This document shows, one piece after another, positions 60,766-64,000 of a DNA stretch of 64,000 nucleotides. Source of the DNA: Raja brachyura (Eukaryota); the NCBI GenBank assembly GCA_963514005.1, contig OY740823.1, positions 8,122,001-8,186,000 on the forward strand. Direction: 5' to 3'. The translations under genes were made by a program, and so were the position numbers. The notes beneath the pieces were generated by a model, which saw only the letters and a list, made by a program, of their open reading frames with translations, searched no databases and was not told the DNA's origin. The stretch's first letter is position 1. Every line of letters starts with the position of its first letter.

Positions 60766-63100
60766 CTGTTCTGTGGCTGCTCTTATCTTTATAAAGCAGT
60801 CTCATCTATTTATCCCTTTGTTTCCCACTTTGATCCTTTCTGATATGCCTGCTTTCTCATTCTAAACTCAATTTCTTACCTCTCAGATAGTTTACCCTCC
60901 TTTCCAACTTATCTGTGACACATAATTCGTAATTAACACTTCCATCTTGTCACACATTTATCTCGACCCAAAACATCGCCTATCTCCCTCGCTCCCCAGA
61001 TGCCGCTGCACCCGCCGAGCCCCTCCAGCTCTTCTGTGCACCCTCGATTCTCCAGCATCTGCAGTTCCCTCCTTAATATCTTGAAAGTGCCTTCTTTGGG
61101 CCACTTCCTCACAACTGTTTCTGAAAATCTCAGCAAACAATCATTACCCTTCTCCAACCAGAATGTTCATCTAAACAAACCACAAATGCTGGTCATGTTT
61201 CAGCAAATAACTTATTTCCAATTATTTCAATCCGTTCTCACCACTATTTTTGAATTTCCAATTCCTAGTACTAGTAACAATTTTCCAAATTAACTTTACT
61301 GAAAATAAATCTATAGAAACATAAGCAAAACCAAGCAACCTCCATTTTCCAACTTTCCCCTTTTAAGTTGCGATGATACAAAGCGTTGTTGTTACCTTAC
61401 AGCTGTTCATAACCTTTCTCATTGCTTACAATTTCTTAAAGGAACACACACACACACACACACACACCCTTACATCATGTGGCCTACAACAAACAAAAGA
61501 TCACATATATGAACTTTCTCATTCATTCAAAACCGGTTTTTACACACTTTCGTTCCATTCTTACTTCAAAGAAATTATGCAATTTTCTACACAGATTCAA
61601 GTTTCAAAATTAACATTTATATAATTCTTATCTCCCCTTTTAAGTTAAAGTACGATGGTCTAATCCCCCATCAATCAGGTTCCTGAGCGCTGTGATTGGA
61701 TAGTGATTCAGATCGTGATTAGTCAGACTCATCGTCACTCAAATTCTAACCACACCCCACTAAGATCACAACCAATCAAAATCCTAGTCATTCAACATCT
61801 GACCACACCCCACTCCCATTAATCTCCAAACAAAGAAACTCATTTTGTCGATCTCTCAGCAGAGAGAATGCAGCAATTTTATCTCCACAGTCAAGAAACG
61901 CAGTCCTTACACCTCCTCTGTCCTCGTAGTCACCATATTACATTATTCTTATTGCAATTCTACTTTCTGCTATTCTACAATATTTTGCACTAACTCCTCA
62001 TGTACCTGACCAATCTGTATATGAGTTCCTTCTATAGATTTTGTGAAACAACTCACAACAACAACATTTCTTTCAAGTGCTTAAGATGAGCTTCTTCAAT
62101 TTCCTGAAATTTCTTTGAGGTTTCTGCCAATTTTTGTTCAAAATCTGTTTTTCCACATATAATTTATAGTTTTCTGTAGCCTTTTTTTTTTAGATGTGAC
62201 AGTTGCCTTTTCTATTTATTTCTGTGTTGCTCCTTGCTTTTTAACTTTTCGTACTCAAAACATTTGGCACAATGATTTTCCTTAGATTTTTGCAATGTTT
62301 GAGTGATACTCTAAATATTCTGTACAGCATCCAAAGTGCCCAATCCTCATTATTGGTTCCTTTGGTTAATCAAAATAACAGAACTTAATCATAGTCTCCT
62401 TATCTTTACCCCCAGGGCTTCCTCCTTCCCAAGATTGCCACATTCGCCCCAACGGACTATCAGGCAGAATGTGCGGCTCTTCACCATTGAGCCTTTTTCT
62501 TTTCCCCCCGGACTCTTACTTTTCCCATTCCGGTTATCCATTGTCCTATCGGACTATTCCCGTCCAATAGACCCCTGACCTCTCAGGGTGGTATCCACGA
62601 GGAGTTAATGCCTGTTGTACCCAATCCTCATCTGACTCATCCTCTGGCCACCAGACCGAAGCTCCTGTATTGGGTGTTTTGGCCATTCAAAATAACAATA
62701 CCTTATCATTATTGTCTTCTCCGACCCCTGGGTATTTCTTGCCCCCCAGTGGTTCAGCATTCGCCCCCAACGGACTATTTGGCAGAATGCTGGGATGGGT
62801 TTTTCACTTACATTTCCCATTCTCTTTATCGGAATTCCTCTCCGATCTTTTATCAAATCGCCCAGGTAATACTATAATAGTCAAAGTTTCTTACCGGGGT
62901 CTGTGCACAGAATTACTCGATTTTCGCGATTTCCAACCAATCTCCAACCACCTTCACTTCTTTGCTGAGTCTCTGTTTGGTCCGGGCATCACTGGCTCAA
63001 ACCTTCGGACGGTAAGCAAGGAGTCTGAGACCACTGAACTCAGCGGGGTGCACCTTCTCTTCGTCCGTGTACCCCCGTCAGCTGGCTTGGAGTAATTAAA

Positions 63101-63120
63101 TACCGGAACCGAGCCCCCAA
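63101..63120 (-). promoter_or_regulatory. primer-binding site, tRNA-Pro-like
   Basis: Minus strand TGGGGGCTCG(GTTCCGGTA) three bases after the 5' LTR; canonical PBS-Pro is TGGGGGCTCGTCCGGGAT. Confidence 0.75.
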
Positions 63121-63122
63121 AT

Positions 63123-63565
63123 TGTGAGATATAAAAAAATCACAAATGCTGTTTGAGACAAAGTCAGCAAAGAAGCTTTTATTAAGATAATATTCTGCAG
63201 AATAGGTGCCTCTCCTTTCCTCTCCCCTAGAGGCACACCGAGGGTCGGGATGTATTCTATCTTTATACATTTCATTACATTATAGCCTCACCCTCTTTTC
63301 TCACCATTTTGCCTCTTTTTAATTATAACATAAAGCCCACATTCCCACGAGAAAGTCCAGGAACGCCTCGGAACATCTCCTGACGTCAAAGGCTTAAACT
63401 GAAGTTTCTATCTGCTACTTTTTATCTCAAAGTTCTCTCTGTTCTATCTGTCGTTACTTTCCATCCCACTAACAGTCTGGCTTTGTTGAAACCTTATTTC
63501 TTTCTACGTTATATTTTTCCATTCCTAGTTTAAATCAACCATGTCTGTTAACCCCTTTTCTCACA
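63123..63565 (-). repeat. ERV 5' LTR
   Basis: TG...CA termini; TGACGTCA, TATAAA and AATAAA on the minus strand. Confidence 0.95.
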
Positions 63566-64000
63566 TTTATTAACTAGAGTAATTTAAAAATCACCTTCAA
63601 AAGCCGTGAGCGCCGACAACCGGAAGGATTTTCCGTAGGGGAGAAATAAAGGTAAATAGTTTATTTTTATATTAAAAGTTGGTTTTTCGGGAGGCTTGAA
63701 TAATATTTTTATGTTGCGAAATGGGGTCCAAAAAAATGTATGAACAAACAGTATTTTTCCTCCCGACTTCACCGCTAACCGCAACGTTCCAATCCACCGC
63801 ATTCCACTAAAACCCACTCGCTAGTTGATTTAAATGGCCATTAATTTACAGGAATCAAACACTAAATTCCTTCCATTTGGCCCAGAAATTCATGAAAATG
63901 AGATTTAAAAATTATGTTATATTGTGGATTATTGTGTGAATGTTATTTGGACACTTAGGCAATTTAAAAAAAGTTTATCTTTTCTTAAGAAATGGATAGA

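Larger units (their letters stand above)
57192..63565 (-). mobile_element. endogenous retrovirus copy 2, both LTRs present, most of gag and all of RT deleted; downstream of CH3 (presumed CH3-CH4 intron)
   Basis: 443-bp LTRs (8 differences by eye), 5-bp TSD TTTAT (57187-57191, 63566-63570), tRNA-Pro-like PBS, integrase, env. Confidence 0.95.

Overview
Repeat-dense vertebrate genomic DNA, by sequence signature a cartilaginous fish, most likely a skate or ray. Two host loci are visible. (1) An intact two-exon GPR139-like class A GPCR (27094-29816, 325 aa). (2) About 10 kb downstream on the same strand, an IgM heavy-chain cluster whose V, D and J are already fused in genomic DNA. The leader intron and J-C intron are retained and no RSS remains. 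The join is out of frame and the conserved V-domain Trp is lost, yet leader, CH1, CH2 and CH3 are open with canonical splice sites; CH4 and TM exons are expected beyond the window. The rest is nested mobile DNA: a near-intact full-length DIRS1 tyrosine-recombinase retrotransposon in the J-CH1 intron, a second DIRS1 copy and fragments, and two copies of one internally deleted, env-retaining endogenous retrovirus with 5-bp TSDs. Both env copies share the same in-frame TGA and have an N-terminus resembling a CD300/pIgR-type Ig V domain. Also present: an L1 broken by three younger insertions, young CR1 LINEs, Rex1-like LINEs, Gypsy elements, Penelope remnants with hammerhead-ribozyme motifs, a Buster-type hAT transposase, a V-SINE, a 59-bp minisatellite and two assembly gaps. 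All family assignments rest on motif recognition by eye; no database search was run.
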